Of a stretch of 64,000 nucleotides of DNA, positions 1-13,307 are shown in pieces. Position numbers and translations under genes: made by a program. Numbering within the stretch: position 1 is the first letter of the stretch; every line of letters begins with the position of its first letter. A model generated the notes under the pieces. That model worked only from the letters and a program-made list of their open reading frames with translations. It was not told where the DNA came from and did no database searches. Origin of the DNA: Epiperipatus broadwayi (taxonomy: Eukaryota; Animalia; Onychophora); NCBI GenBank assembly GCA_028023455.1, contig JAQFVV010000006.1, positions 7,812,001 through 7,876,000 of the forward strand, in the 5' to 3' direction.

Positions 1-240
1 TGGAGTTAGGATGGACATATTGCTAGAAGTGACTATAATAGATGGATAGTTGAAATCTTAAACGGGATTCCAAAAAATTGTAAAAGAAACATAGACAAAG
101 ACCACGTGTGAGATGAATGGATGAAATAAGAAAGTGTACTGGTGGGATATGGAGAAGAAAAGCTAGAGATGAAACAAGATGGATTGAACTTGGAGAAACT
201 TTCATCCTCCAGTGGATTGATAATGGATGATGATGATATT
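1..240 (+). mobile_element. RTE-clade LINE 3' end with (GAT)n tail
   Basis: Decayed copy of the ORF2 C-terminus seen intact at 29982-30281 (W.WAGHIAR...WMDEIRK...LGETFILQWIDNG), followed by a gatgatgat tail. Confidence 0.85.
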
Positions 241-507
241 ATTTTAACTTTCAATATTTTATGTGTTTAAGACGAACGATGGGACATTAATAAGTCCAAA
301 ATTAAAATTCTTATAAATTTTACTAATACTTAAAGCAAATATATTAAAATTCACACCCTAATAAAATAGTATTGTTTTAAAAAACTTTTTTTTATTTGGT
401 AATCAATTAATGAACAAAAAGAAGGAAAAACACCTCACATTAAATTAGATTTGTCAGTTTAGAATGTTAATCCTTTAGTAAAAATAATTTAATTGTTTTA
501 TTGGTAG

Positions 508-563
508 GGTTTTCACCCACTGGACAAGTTGCCAGGTGATGCTGCAGAACCACTAAGAAGCCT
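508..563 (+). CDS. Candidate isolated coding exon (GFHPLDKLPGDAAEPLRS), product unknown
   Basis: Acceptor ttttattggtAG and donor ct|GTAAGT; higher GC than the flanks; only one of three frames is open. No homologue recognised. Confidence 0.35.
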
Positions 564-1412
564 GTAAGTGATAAATTTTTAAAAACAAAAATGGCTCAAA
601 ATCGCTGAAATTTAAATTTAAAACAAAAATTGACTAGAAGGTCTGAGGCGAAAAATGGTTAGACATCCCCCCCCCCACTTGAAGATTTCAATGAAAAATA
701 AATAAAAAGCAAATAATAAATGCTATTTTCAAAATCTTATGAAATAAATGGAAAAAAAACTATAATAAAAGCCTACGAAATTAAACAAAAACATACTAAA
801 TCTCAAAAAAAAATTAACAATGATGATTTAAAAAATAAAAGTAGTTATAAAATGCAAAGACAACAGCACGGAAAATTTGTTAAAAAAGAATCATATCTAA
901 CTAACAGATAAAACAATAACCTTAATAACAGACTAATACATGATAAGTAATCAATGTTCATATTAACCTATCCTTATTACAGCCTTCGCTCTGAATTTTA
1001 TTACAGAATATAATCAATAGCGTCATTAGAGTTTAAATTCAGTTAATATGTTACTCTATTACACCGCACATATATAAAATGCACAAAACAGAAATAAAAT
1101 AATCAGAATAGAAAATAGAATAATTAAAATAGATTATCAATTTCCCTCGAGAGTGAGTTGATAATTCAGGAGTCATTGAATTTTTTCATCCTTGCAAAAT
1201 GAAACTTGGGTATTCTAGATCTCTCCATGTGTGACAAAATATGGAATTTATCTATTAAATTTTTCCTGTCTATTGATGGCATTTTCTTTCACTTAAAGTT
1301 TGTTATTTTTAAAATAACTTACGCACAAATTTTGAAATGTAGATAGAACCTGAAAAAATAGCGTAAACATTTTTGGTACTATTTCAATAATAAAGAAATT
1401 TCCAGAACTCGG

Positions 1413-1422
1413 GTCACGTGAC
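1413..1422. promoter_or_regulatory. GTCACGTGAC palindrome (CLEAR/E-box-like) in a small CpG-retaining patch
   Basis: Exact 10-mer with several CpGs nearby (1409-1447). Function is inference only. Confidence 0.25.
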
Positions 1423-1856
1423 ATATTGGTGTTGCGAGTTTTGCCGCAGAGAAATTGATCTTACGTTTTTAAAATCAAGAAGTGTATTTTTTTTTTAGAA
1501 AGTGGAAATATTTTTTTTAAAAAAGGAAAATAATACATTTTCTCATTTTAAATTATAAGTCAATAATATTAACAAATACTTTAATGAAGACAAAACCTAA
1601 CCCTACTTTTTATTTATTGTTTGAAATGATGCATTTCAAAAAGTTCGAATAAAAACTGCTGTCCACATTCCATTCCATAAGTTTTAAAGTTTATACAGCT
1701 TTTTAATTTGGCTAATAGTTCTCCATACAATATTATTAATTTTATATATATGAACTTAAAATAATACTCATAATAAAATTCGTTTCAATTATTGAAGCCT
1801 TTTCTTTTATAAGTTAATGACAATGTTTCAAACAGTTAGAGGAAACTAATAAAGTG

Positions 1857-2630
1857 TATTAGACATTCATTAGTCTAGAGACTATCCACTTAATGAATAT
1901 TTTTGCAGTATTCTTTTTACTACATCACTCTCACGCAAGGTAGTCTAATGAATGACTAATAAAAATTATTAATATACTTCCATTAAGTGGTTTGTGCCAA
2001 AGTTGTGATGGCAGTAAGTTTGATACATATCAATTAAAAAATGTGGTAATCGGGTGTCTACATACCCTGAAAAATGATAAAGATAAATGTAAAAGATTGT
2101 GATCTGGGCCAACTGATGAGTTTTGGTTCAACACATAATGTTCCTCTTGGAGATCATATATCTTTTTCACATGTCTTTGGTCATTACGAATACACCCCTC
2201 TCAAGGTGTTAAAACTGGATAGAATCCAATCCCTACTTTACGTGAGAGTGGTATAGTAAAAACTATAATGCAGAAAAATTATTCATTAAGTTGATAATCT
2301 CTACTCTAATAAATGTATAGGAAAAATTATTAATATACTTCCATCAAGTGGTTTTAGTCAAAGTTGTGAGGGCAGTAAGTCTGACACTTATCAATTAAAC
2401 TGTAGTAACTAGCTAAGTTAAGTGTAAGAGATTGTGATCTGGGCCAATTATTGAGTGCTGGTTCAGCATAAATGTGCATCTTGGGGATCATACATATTTT
2501 TCACGTGTCTTTAGTCATGTTATGAAAACAACCCTCCACATGGTCATAAAACTGGGTAGAAACAAGTCTCTATCTTGCATGAGAGTGGTATAGTAAAAAT
2601 TGCTCTACAGAAATATTATTAAGTTAGAAG
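1857..2630 (+). mobile_element. HHR repeat family A2: about two tandem units (~335 nt) with a 5' inverted stub
   Basis: Direct repeat with cores at 2113 (ctgatga) and ~2448 (stem II gtgctg-gtt-cagcat, atgtgcatc); both are decayed. 1857-1910 is the reverse complement of the unit's end. Confidence 0.8.
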
Positions 2631-2674
2631 AAACTTTCGATCGATTTTTGATTAATGTTACATCAATTAAAATT

Positions 2675-2930
2675 ATAAGGAATTTGAACTCAGATTTCGA
2701 AGCAGCCTTACAGAGCCTGTACACATGACCACATACATATGAAAAAAAATAAATGATCTACAACATATGTATTTTGTGGCGAGTCAATATTCATCAGCTG
2801 GTATAGATCACCATCTCCCACACACATATATAATCAGTCCTCAATTTATATTAAGATAGCAAGTCTTCAAACTTTAATGGGCATTAATATTCTCCACCCT
2901 CCAAATCTTCATCTGACGATCGAACAGTCA
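2675..2930 (-). mobile_element. HHR repeat family A1, decayed partial copy
   Basis: Homologous to 2990-3345; CUGAUGA at 2791-2797 on the minus strand. Confidence 0.7.
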
Positions 2931-2989
2931 CAGCCTTTGGGCAGAGTATACACTAAATATGTAATATTTAAAAACATGTATATTGTCTA

Positions 2990-3725
2990 TACTGAACTTA
3001 GTGTAATTAGAAGGGATTTGAACTCAAACTTTCAAGCTCTCTAAAACTATCAACACTGACTACATACATATGAAAAAGATAAATAATCTCCAATATATGC
3101 ATGTTGTGCTGAACAAGCACTCATCAGTTTGGTCCAGATCATTATCTCCCACACACATCATATATAATCAGTGCTCAGTTGATATTAAGATAGAAAGTAT
3201 ATTAAAATAGAAAATATTCAAACTTTAATGGATAATCTTCAATATTCTCCATCCTCCAACTCTTCATCCATTCCATATTATTGAAAATCTGATGATGGAA
3301 AGCTCTTGCTGATGCCAACCTTATTATTATACACATGTTGACTTTACATGAGGGATCAGAATGACTTAAAGTCAACATTGTTATGACAACAATGTTGATA
3401 TGAACAAGGGCTTTGAGCACTCCATCATCAGATTATCAATAATATGGATGGTCAGAAGAGTTGGAGCGTGGAGAATATTAAAGTTTGAGTACTGGCTATT
3501 TTAATATAAACTGAGCACTGATTATATATGTGTGTGGAAGATGGTGATCTGGACCAACTGAAGAATGCTGTTTCAGCATGAAATATGTATACTGGGCATC
3601 ATTTATCTTTTTCACATTTACATGGTTATGTGTATTGGCTGTATAAGATGAAGTGGATAGTTGTACGAAGCTTGAAAGTCTGAGTTTAAATCCCTTGTAA
3701 TTATAATAAGTTTAGTATAGACAAC
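2990..3725. mobile_element. Two A1 units head-to-head forming a ~730 bp imperfect palindrome
   Basis: Left arm (-) 2990-3345 and right arm (+) 3370-3725 are reverse-complementary, with an HHR core in each (3121-3127 minus; 3558-3564 plus). Confidence 0.85.
3537..3607 (+). ncRNA. Type I hammerhead ribozyme (family A1), stem I partly decayed
   Basis: ACCAA-CUGAAGA-AUGCUG/UUU/CAGCAU-GAAA-UAUGU-AUA-CUGGG; putative cleavage after 3591. Confidence 0.7.
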
Positions 3726-4479
3726 TTCTAGTGTTATATCTGTCTTACCTCCTCTTTTAAGTTTGGGCAAGACAAATCTAGCAAAATGAAGTTACAAGAC
3801 CTTTTTTGCAATCCTAAATGTAAAGAAACCCGGATCCTTGTTGGATGTCTAAAAAAGTTTAAAATATGGCAGCAATTTGTTAATTTCAAATCTATTGTAA
3901 ATTTTTGTAAAAATATATGTTTCCATAATTGCTATTTCATTTTATCTTTAAAATGTTTAATTTTTACCATTAATTACTTTACGAAGAGTAGAAAAGATAA
4001 TTGAAGATATTATGGGATATTATTATTGTCCATTACAAAAAATAACTTACTTTCAGATATAGATAACTGATTACAGATTCAGTGCATTTTTGCAGAAGGA
4101 AATAACTTTAAAGACAAGAGTTTTTGTTGCAAAGAAGTATTACATATTACTTTTAAGGATTTGGTCAAGTAAAATGACTTCATTTTGAAATGATATCTGT
4201 GATGTTTGAAATTAGGAGGGATCATTCATACTCCAACATGATTGTCTGAATACACACATTCTTATGTGGGAGTCATTTCAAATAGCAGCTGGGGTTAATC
4301 AATCACCAATATTGTTTTCTATTTTTTGACAATGGTATTTAGAACAAGGATAGTTATGCAATGCTATACAATGCACTATGGCTTCTCTTTTATCAAAGTC
4401 AGGAATCTCTAGACACTCTACACAGAGAAATCGGTTAGCCACCTTTCCTTCCCTTTCAATTCCCCACACTAAGTCTTTT

Positions 4480-7400
4480 GTCATATTCTTCTTTATCCTG
4501 CTCCATCTCATTTCCATAACATCATTTTTGTCGAATCTATGGCCTTTATATCTAGATTCTCTTTATCTTATCATCTTTTCCAAACCCAGCATAAAAACCA
4601 ACAACACACTGCCTGAGTAATCACTTTGCTAATATTTATTCTCTCACAAATTTCATTATTTGTACCCTTTCTGCTTCTAAGCCTTTACATTCAATATAGC
4701 ACATACCTAATATTTTCCATGCCTTCCTTACAAAACTTGCAAACTAAAGGACACACATTTCTCTATTTATGTGTATATTCCCTTATTGCAAATGATTCTT
4801 TTCAAACCTTAATCAGTAAACTATGTTCCTTTCTATTATTGTAAATTAACTCACACCCAATAATCTGTTTACTTCTATATATATTACAAACTTTTCTTAC
4901 TCTTCATACTAGTTCTCCAACTCCCTTTTCTTAATTAATGCATCTATTCTTTAATCCCATTCTTAACCACTATAACACCCAAAAATCTTCCTAACACAAT
5001 CATCCCACCTTTTATACAAGTATACTGATATAAATTCTTTATCCAAATCTTTTGCAAACTGCATTACCTTTCTCACCAATCTTGTTACCTGCCCTTTACT
5101 CATAACCCAATTAAATAATATTTTGGCTATTCTTTTACTATTCATAAGCTGCAACCTACCAAATATTTTCATTTTATTTTTTGCATCTCTCATATAAAAA
5201 CTTGACCATCCCATTTCTCCCTGCATTGCCTCATTTGCTGTCCACATCTCTGCATCCATTGCATGTCTTCCTACTTCCCTTTGTATTTTTTCTAAATAAT
5301 CCAAAACCTTTTTACTAACACATAATGCATCATTACCATATGTTAACCCTGCTACTGCAACTCACTTCCATACAATTCTACCTACATCATATTTATTATA
5401 TTAAAACACTGTTACTTTCTTTACTGAACCCTTTCTTTTCTTTGCTTCATTTACCAAATTTTTCTCCCATTCATGCAAGCAATTTTCCTGATTACATAAG
5501 ATTTCCAAATACCTATATCTATCCACCACACTTAACTGTAAATCCCCCCATAAAAAATCTACATCTTCTCTCTCCCTAGTATTAACCATCATTATATTTT
5601 ATTTTTCTTCCCTAAATTTAATCCCCATCTTTTTACCCACCCATGCACAGCATAATTTCCATACCTTCTCTTCTTTCTCCACACAAAAAGATATCATCCG
5701 CAAAAAAAAGACCTGATAAACTATGCACTCCCTTGTCACCTATTAACAGTATCTCTATCCCTCTTCCTAGTCTTTCTATTGCTTTCTCCATTTCACTCAA
5801 ATACAACAAAAACAAAATAGGTGACAAAGGGCATTCTTGCCTTAGTCCTACCTCATTTTTAACTTTAACTGATTCTATATCCCCTAATTGATAAGTATAG
5901 TAATTATTTTCATATAATTTCTTAATATTTACTAAAGCTTCATCCATTCCCAAATTTGCTAAACTTACCCATAATCTATTTCTATTTACTCTATCATATG
6001 CCCTCTCTATATCTATAAAACTCATATATAATGATCTACCTGAATTCCTGCTCATATCCATAAGTTGTGTAACTACAAATAAACTATCTCCTATACGTCT
6101 ATCTAACCTAAAACCTCCTTGCATTTCCTCCCCTACATCATTCTCTTCCAGCCACCATATATGAGAAAACTTTATGTAAAACTGATGTTACCACTATCGG
6201 TCTATAATTATTTAACTTTCTATTATCTTTACCCTTTCCTTTAAAGAATAATCTTACTCTTGTATTACTTCAACTATCCGGAAAAACTCTCTTCTGTGCC
6301 ATCTTATTAAAACATGATAATAACTTTACTTTTGCTCTATGCCCTAAATTCATTACCATCTCTGCTGCCCCATCCATCTAACCCTCTTGCCTTTACATTT
6401 TTCAATCTCTTCCCTGCCTCATTCAATTCATTTTTTGTGAACATAATATTCCCATTACTAAATGCTTTCTTGTTTTCTATCACTAAGTCCTTCACATCTA
6501 ATATTTTTTCTATATCCATTACATATCTATTTAAGATTCTCTCTAATTCTTCTCTAGAGCTACACTCTATTCCCTCATCATCTATTAATACTATGTCTCT
6601 CTCTCCCCTACATTTCTTCTTTTAATGTAATTCCAAAATTTTTTACTCCCATCTCTTCCACTTTTATTAATATCTTCCAACAATTTACTATTCAACTTCA
6701 TCCTTTTTCTATAATTATCCATTTTAGCCAACTTCTTCTTTTCTAAGTACTTTCCCCATTTAGCAATAATATCATTTTCACTTTCTTTGTTCTTAATAGC
6801 ACACTTATATTCTCTGCATGCTTCTTTCCTCTCTTTTACACTTTTACTAACTCTCATTTTTTATTACTTTTATTCTTCTGCATATTCTCATCTAAAACCC
6901 TATTTGCCACTTTTTCTATTTCACCACACCAGCTCTTATACTCACCCCCAACCAAACCTGTTCCATGGCTTGTTTTATTTTATACTCTTCCAACTTATTC
7001 ATATCATTCACTCTCCATCCACATCTTTCACTACTGTTTCTACAATTATTTCTATCCTCCATCACATTACTAACCATTTCTATTACAATAAAGTTATGAT
7101 CACTATTACATACTCTCTCTTCATTATCAAACACCTTAATTTTCCATATTTTATTCATTCCCTCTTTCTCTACCAATACATAATCTATTGTATGAAATAT
7201 ATTTTTCCTAGACCATGTGTATTGTCCCTCATAAATATTTGATAAATTCCCAATGCTCAAATTTTCTCCTTGACAAAATTCCTTCAAAAACTGACCATTC
7301 TTATTATCTACATCATCAATTTCTTCAAGATGTCCATTCATATCCCCTATAACCATTATTCTCTTCCTCTTTTCTTTAAAACTCTGTATATCCTTGACTA

Positions 7401-7890
7401 TGCATTCATATATACTACTGTTACACTACATTACAGTTTGACTATCTCCAGTGGCTATATACACTACAGCCACCATCCATTCTTGTCTACCCAACCTTAT
7501 TTCAAACCACAAATGCTCTTGACAGTTAACAGTATTTAAATATTTCTTCTTTTCTGTTTATACCCTGCCATACCACATCTTCCAAAATAGGTTCTTCTTC
7601 TCTTAGATGAGTTTCCACTACTGCTAATACCTCAAGCTCTTCATTTTCAATTGTTTTAATTTCAGCCACTTTTCTGATCTCCTACCATCTTGCATATTCA
7701 AAAACCCAATTTTAATAATTTCTTCTTTCCTAACTACTCTTTTATAAATTCTTTTGATTCCTTCTTCTCCATTTCATTTGTAACAACCTTTCTTACCATT
7801 AATCTTACAGATCCATTCCCTCTCCAAATCTACATTTATATCTAAATCAACCATCTTTTGCTTATTTCTTATATCCCATCCATTCTTCAT
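4480..7890 (-). pseudogene. LINE ORF2: AP endonuclease, reverse transcriptase, C-terminal CCHC finger (disrupted)
   Basis: APE motifs GDMN, YTW, IDYVL, SDH (6916-7356); RT motifs FIDIERAYDRV, GLRQECPLSPILF, FADD (5633-6124); ANEAMQGEMGWSSF (4963-5304); decayed zinc finger near 4690-4790. Confidence 0.9.
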
Positions 7891-7925
7891 CTTTTTGATA
7901 ATATTACAATTTAAAAGCCTCCCCC

Positions 7926-8962
7926 TTAACAGTTTTCCAAATTATATTCTTTAAATATCAGACTCCCTAAAACTTCACTTCTTTGTTTTCCTAAGTGCAA
8001 TCCATCTTTACTATATAATTCTCTCTTTCCAATAAACCAATCCCATACATCCACAAACAAAACATTATTTCTCTCACACAATTTTTTCAATCTCTTATTT
8101 ATAGAACACCCCCTATCTAATAAATGCCTCTTGTCAAAACTTGGTAATACTCCAACTACTCTTACTCTTTCTTTAATCTCCCTCAAATTCCTAACAATTC
8201 TATGTACTCACCCATTACTCTCTCTGATGGCTCTAACAAATTATTTGTCCCCAGTAACATATATATCTCTACTACCTTGCTTTCTTACTTTACCCGTCAC
8301 ATCCTTAATTTTAGCTCCAGGCAAACATACCCTTACATACTTGCTTCTATTTTCCCTTGAAATTATATCCCCACATTCTCTTATTAGTGAATCTCCTATC
8401 AATACTGTCTCATAATCTACTTTCTCTGCTCCATCTGTAACATTTTCTACCATCTTCTGGACTTCCTTATCCATTTCTTCCTTAATATTTCTACTCAATA
8501 ATTCCTTTATCTGCTCACACTTCATCTCTAAGAATTTTAATTTTACTTCTACATCCTTCACTTCTTCCTCTTACTTATTCTCTGGCTAATCATCTCCATT
8601 ACACTACTTCTTTCTCCACCCATATTTCCTGACACTCCACTAAAACCATACTCTGTCCTATCTTCCTTAACTGCATTTCGCTCCCTCTCCTTTGACTTCC
8701 TCTCTAGACTACCTACATTTAGAAACCACTTTCTCACCTCTTTAATCACATTTACACACTGACTACATAAACAGAAACCTGTTACATTCTTCCTATTCTT
8801 ATTCAAACATTTCAAGTGATACACCTCAGCACACACTGTACACTCTACCAGCACTGGCCTAATTCCTTTCTGCTGATTATATATACATTGTGCAATACAA
8901 ATGCAATTCATATTATTACTTTTCAAGCCACATATTCTATATTTGACTTTATAATATCTCAT
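7926..8962 (-). pseudogene. LINE ORF1 with PHD finger and SGNH/GDSL esterase (frameshifted)
   Basis: C..C...C..C...YH..C...C..C pattern in ORF 8558-8962; VLIGDSLIR and LPGAKIKDV in 8241-8561; DGLHL in 7926-8186. Confidence 0.85.
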
Positions 8963-9799
8963 ATTCTTGAAGGACCTTTACATGGAAAAAATAAAATTTT
9001 ACGTTTTCCCAAACTCGATCAAACTATAACCACGTGTTTTCCAATCTTAGGCCTCCCAAATGTTGTCTTCTTCCTCAAAATAAATACCTATTTTAAAGTT
9101 TAAAAACCTTCAGTAACAAAGTTAACTAAAAACGAATTAATCTTACATACAACCTTTTTTATAAATATCCTTATGCAACACACATTCAACAAAAACAACT
9201 TTTTTTAAAAAAAATTTCTATATCTAAAATGGCAAACGAAAACCTTTCAAACAATTAAAGACAAAAATTTCCAATCTTTCAAATAACTCACTCTCTTGAC
9301 CACAATTTATACTTTACTTATATAATTAATCTTTATAGTGATGCTCTCGAAAAATCAATCTCCCACGCAATCAACAAATAGCATAAAAAAATGTAAAAAA
9401 ATTAAAACTTAGCTTATCCCTTTGTCTTATTCGTAGTAGAGTGCCTTGTGCACTAATTTACCATGGCAGTGCTGCCACCTATCACCTTTTTCTAGAGCTA
9501 GAATTTTCAATGTTAAAGATAAATCAGTCTGGCTGTGTATATTTGTCACCAGACATAAGTTCAATCTAATTCTCCAAGAAATAAATAATAGCCTCATCAA
9601 TTCGGTAGTGAGGTAAATGTTTAGTGAATTGTGCATGTGAAACATGGAAAAAATTAAGACTGGGCAATAAACTATCAACACTAACTATTGTTCACCAAAA
9701 ACTTCAATGAGAACATTTATTACTGAGATCTAAGTTCAACTGCAATTTTTCAGTGCTAACTTCTATTTTTTTTCTTTTCTTGTAAAAAGAGCCTAATCA

Positions 9800-11320
9800 T
9801 TCGAATTTTCGACCAACATTAATGCACAACAATTTTCACAAATTTTGTGGCAACCAGCAAATATTCAAACAAATTATTGCAAATTCTACTGCCACAACCA
9901 GTTCATATTATCATAGGAAAAGTTGCAGATCAACCTGGTTCAGCTTTAAACCCACCCATTGCTTCCTAATTTTGAAAATTTTGGCTTCACGACAGAAACT
10001 TTTCACAATTCTAAACATTGATTTGAAAATTACATGGAGGTGTGGTTTATCAAAAATGATCAAATGATCAATCATATTGTCTAAGTTGCTGCTAAATTCA
10101 GTTAACGTAAAACATTTGAAACGGTATACATTTTGGCAGAACAAAATCTACACTGACTTAATGGACCTTACAGGAGAATATTTGGTATTCAATAAAAATG
10201 TCCTTATTCAATACCAATTTATATCAAAATATCAAATTGCTTCAACCAAGCTTAAATTTTATGGAAGTGTTACATGTTGATTTAGGAGATTGTAAATACA
10301 AGACTTCATATGAGTCAGGATCTTGCATGACAATGTTTTTCTATGAGTGCAATCCATTTGAGACATCAAAAACAATTCTGTCAGAGATGAGTTATGGTTT
10401 GCCAATCAAGAAAGTTTAAGCTTTTAAAATATCATAAACAAGGATATAGCACTAGAACCATCAAGAGACAATTCTGAGAAGTTATGACAAAAGTTTCATA
10501 AATGCGATCAACACCAGTCCACATATTTAATATAAATGCACAAAATCATAGTTCAAAGCAAATGCATTGACAGCAGAAGTCATTGAGATAATTGCATAAA
10601 TATTGTGGCATTTTAGCATCAACTGCCTTTGCCTACACTTTGAAAGAATAACCACCTTTCAAGACTGTTACATCAACATATCGAAACTAAAATACTTGGG
10701 TTGTTGCAAATATGGGCACATAGTGAAAAGTATGCATCAAGACATTTATCAAATCAAAGCAAGAGAATCAATCATCAACCTATTTTGTAAACAATGAGGA
10801 CAATTCAAAATCCATATGATGTTTACTATATCATTGACATATACCAGAACCAATGCTTAGCTGTAAAAAACAATGAACATTATTTTTCTGTTAACAACAT
10901 TGAGAGTAGCCCACTAAGATTGAAAGTGAACACTCACTTGAGATCCACTTTTTGTAATGGAATCATGTACTAAGTAAAAATTCATTTTCAGTCATTCTCA
11001 CATTTAGTGCAATCAATCAAGAAAACCATCAAGTATGCCAGTTTCATTGAGCAAAATCACTTTCAAAATATGGAGAAGAAACCAGGTAAGATCAACAACT
11101 GACAAAAGTCTCAAAGAGCTTCAATAATGCTATGATTCTGAAACCGACATTAACATTGACAATAACGTTGTTATTTGGGGGTGAATATATTGCATGTTCA
11201 TAAGTGCTACAATCTCTAGTTCTTCAATAACTCCATGTAATTTGAATATCAAAAATCAAACAGAATCAGATGAAGCAGACTCCAAAACCCTTATCATTAT
11301 GCGGAAAAACCATAACTATT
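9800..11320 (+). pseudogene. Heavily decayed DNA-transposon ORF, possibly Academ-like (XPG-type nuclease motifs)
   Basis: Scattered plus-strand peptides ECNPFETSKTIL, YIIDIYQNQ.LAVKNNEH and ESDEADSK resemble the NPF, (V)FD.Y..S.K..E and EEADT motifs as I recall them. Many stops; no TIRs found. Confidence 0.3.
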
Positions 11321-11329
11321 TGATATATT

Positions 11330-11745
11330 TGATGTGATGAGATGTGATGTATTGTGGCTTCCCCTTAAACGAAGTCAAGAATATCTCAGCAATTATGCCC
11401 AGATAAACCTGTTAGCCACTTTCTTTTACATTCCCCACTTAAAATTTTCCCATATTCTGCTCCATCCCATTTCCACAACATAATCTTTGTCAACTCTATA
11501 ACCTTTATATCTAAATCCCCTTTATCTTTTCCCAAACCCAGCATAAAAACCAATAATTCACTTTCTGTATAATCACTTTTTTCGTATTTATTCTTCCATA
11601 ACTTCATTATATGTACCCTTTCTGTTTTCAAGCATTTACATTCAATTAACAAATGCCTAATATTTTCTATTCCTTCCTTACATAATTTACAAAATAAATC
11701 ACCCATTTTTTTCCATTTACATGTATATTCTCTAGTAGCTATCAT
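11330..11745 (-). mobile_element. 5'-truncated RTE-X-like LINE (CCHC finger, 3' UTR, (CATCA)n tail)
   Basis: ORF 11386-11745 reads CKLCKEGIENIRHLLIEC; tail gatgtgatgagatgtgatgt. Confidence 0.85.
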
Positions 11746-12797
11746 GTGTTTTTTAGAGAGAGTGCATCACCTATAAAGAATATATCACATTAGCTGTATG
11801 TATTTATCAATTAATCAAAATCGATCTAATCCTCCAAAAAATAGACAATAGTCACACAGATATAAAATGAGCACCAATAAATTTAAGCCAGCATTACCAG
11901 TTATCAAATAATCAGAACGAAGAATCAAGGTGCGACAAATATATAAATGTATTTAGATGTTTATCTTATAACTTATTGTGTATATTTCTTTTAGGATTTC
12001 TTTTTTTGCTCTATTATTAGAATCGTCATTCCATTGTAAAATCTACGAATTATTAACGTTAATGATATGAAACTCAATTACAAATAGTCTATGAAATGAC
12101 CAAAGACTAAAACTATTTACCGCATAAAACAAAAAAGAAAGCTGTTGAATATATATGTATAATCTAAGAGAAATCTTTTTAAAGAAATTTGAACCACTGT
12201 CTATTTTTAATTAAAACTATTAGTTGATATAATATCTTGACGTACAAATAACATTTTTTTCTGTCAAAGCAAACATATATATATATATTTTAATTATACT
12301 TAATTATTAATAATATGTTAAAAAATTGTAAAAGTAATGCTTTATTTAAGACTATAAAAATATAGAATAAATAAAATTGTAATTGTTTTATTAAATAATA
12401 AAGTGATATATATTATGACGTCATAGCTATTTTCTTAGCTCAACAGAAAGCTGTTATTTTGAGCTCTCTTAAAGCTAGTAGAAATGGGTCTTTTCTCTTG
12501 TTTTCTTCTGTGTGCGGGTTTTGTTGCGCTTGTTTGGTTTGCCGATTTACTTTTTCACCGTAGATGGCACGATTGATTCCGGATAATATCATTTGCGAAA
12601 GATAGATATCTTTGCTGAAGATTTGTTTAATTTGCTGTCTCTGATCCGGAGTTTGTGTTCGACATCGTGGACCCTCCGCTTGAGAGCATTTTACTACTTA
12701 AGTAAACAGAGAAGTTATGATGTTGATGCCAATTAAGAAAAAAACAGTTTATAAGTGAGCTGTATTTATATCAATATTGAGACTAAAGAAATTTGGT

Positions 12798-12892
12798 TTT
12801 ATCACAAAAGAAAGACATTTATTTCACAAAAGAGAGACATTTATTTCCCAAAAGAGAAACTTTATTACCACAAAAGAGAGACTTTTTTATTA
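12798..12892. repeat. 22-bp minisatellite, four copies
   Basis: cacaaaagagagacatttattt-like unit starting at 12803, 12825, 12847 and 12869. Confidence 0.85.
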
Positions 12893-13201
12893 CTTATCCT
12901 GAACTGAGTCACAATAACCGATCTTGACAAAGGATTTAATTAATCCTATACCTAATTTGTAGACTTAAATATCACAATTTGGATACTTTTACACTTATTT
13001 TCACCATGGATTTGAACGGTAGGCAGAATGTGTGCCATCATCACATAACCAAGCACGAGATGGTTTTAGAAGCACTATTGGAGTTTTTCTCCTTTTTTAT
13101 ACCGAATAATGAAGCAATCACTAAAATTTGCTTTTCCTGGAATTAGTTGTTTTAAGTTTTGAAATATATTATTGTTTTATTTACTAAACAATGTGTTTAT
13201 A

Positions 13202-13307
13202 GTCAAGCGTTGTTACCCGAGAGGTCAGCGCAGTCGCCTTGCTTGGTTGCAGACGGTTGGTGCGGGTTCGCCTCCTGGCCGATGCTATGATATAAGGGGG
13301 AAAAAAA
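13202..13307 (+). mobile_element. tRNA-Gly-like short SINE
   Basis: A-box-like ccgagagg, B box gggttcgcctcc, 3' end ggccgatgcta as in tRNA-Gly, then an A tail; five more copies in the window. Confidence 0.8.

Larger units (their letters stand above)
4353..9400 (-). mobile_element. Near-full-length decayed RTE-X-like non-LTR retrotransposon
   Basis: Colinear ORF1 (PHD + esterase) and ORF2 (APE, RT, CCHC) fragments; the 3' UTR and (CATTG/CATCA)n-like tail match the copies at 11330 and 15990. The 5' boundary is approximate. Confidence 0.85.

Noticed and set aside
12551-12696. Annexin-like exon (TPDQRQQIKQ...LSG...RAI)
   Set aside because: The resemblance needs several indels in a normally gap-free repeat; it is kept only as an unassigned open frame.
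12798-12892. Short regularly spaced repeats as a CRISPR array
   Set aside because: The 22-bp units are contiguous with no unique spacers, the context is eukaryotic, and there are no cas genes.
13202-13307. Functional tRNA genes (this copy and its relatives)
   Set aside because: Irregular anticodon and variable arms, duplicated B-box region, A tails and divergent dispersed copies fit SINEs.
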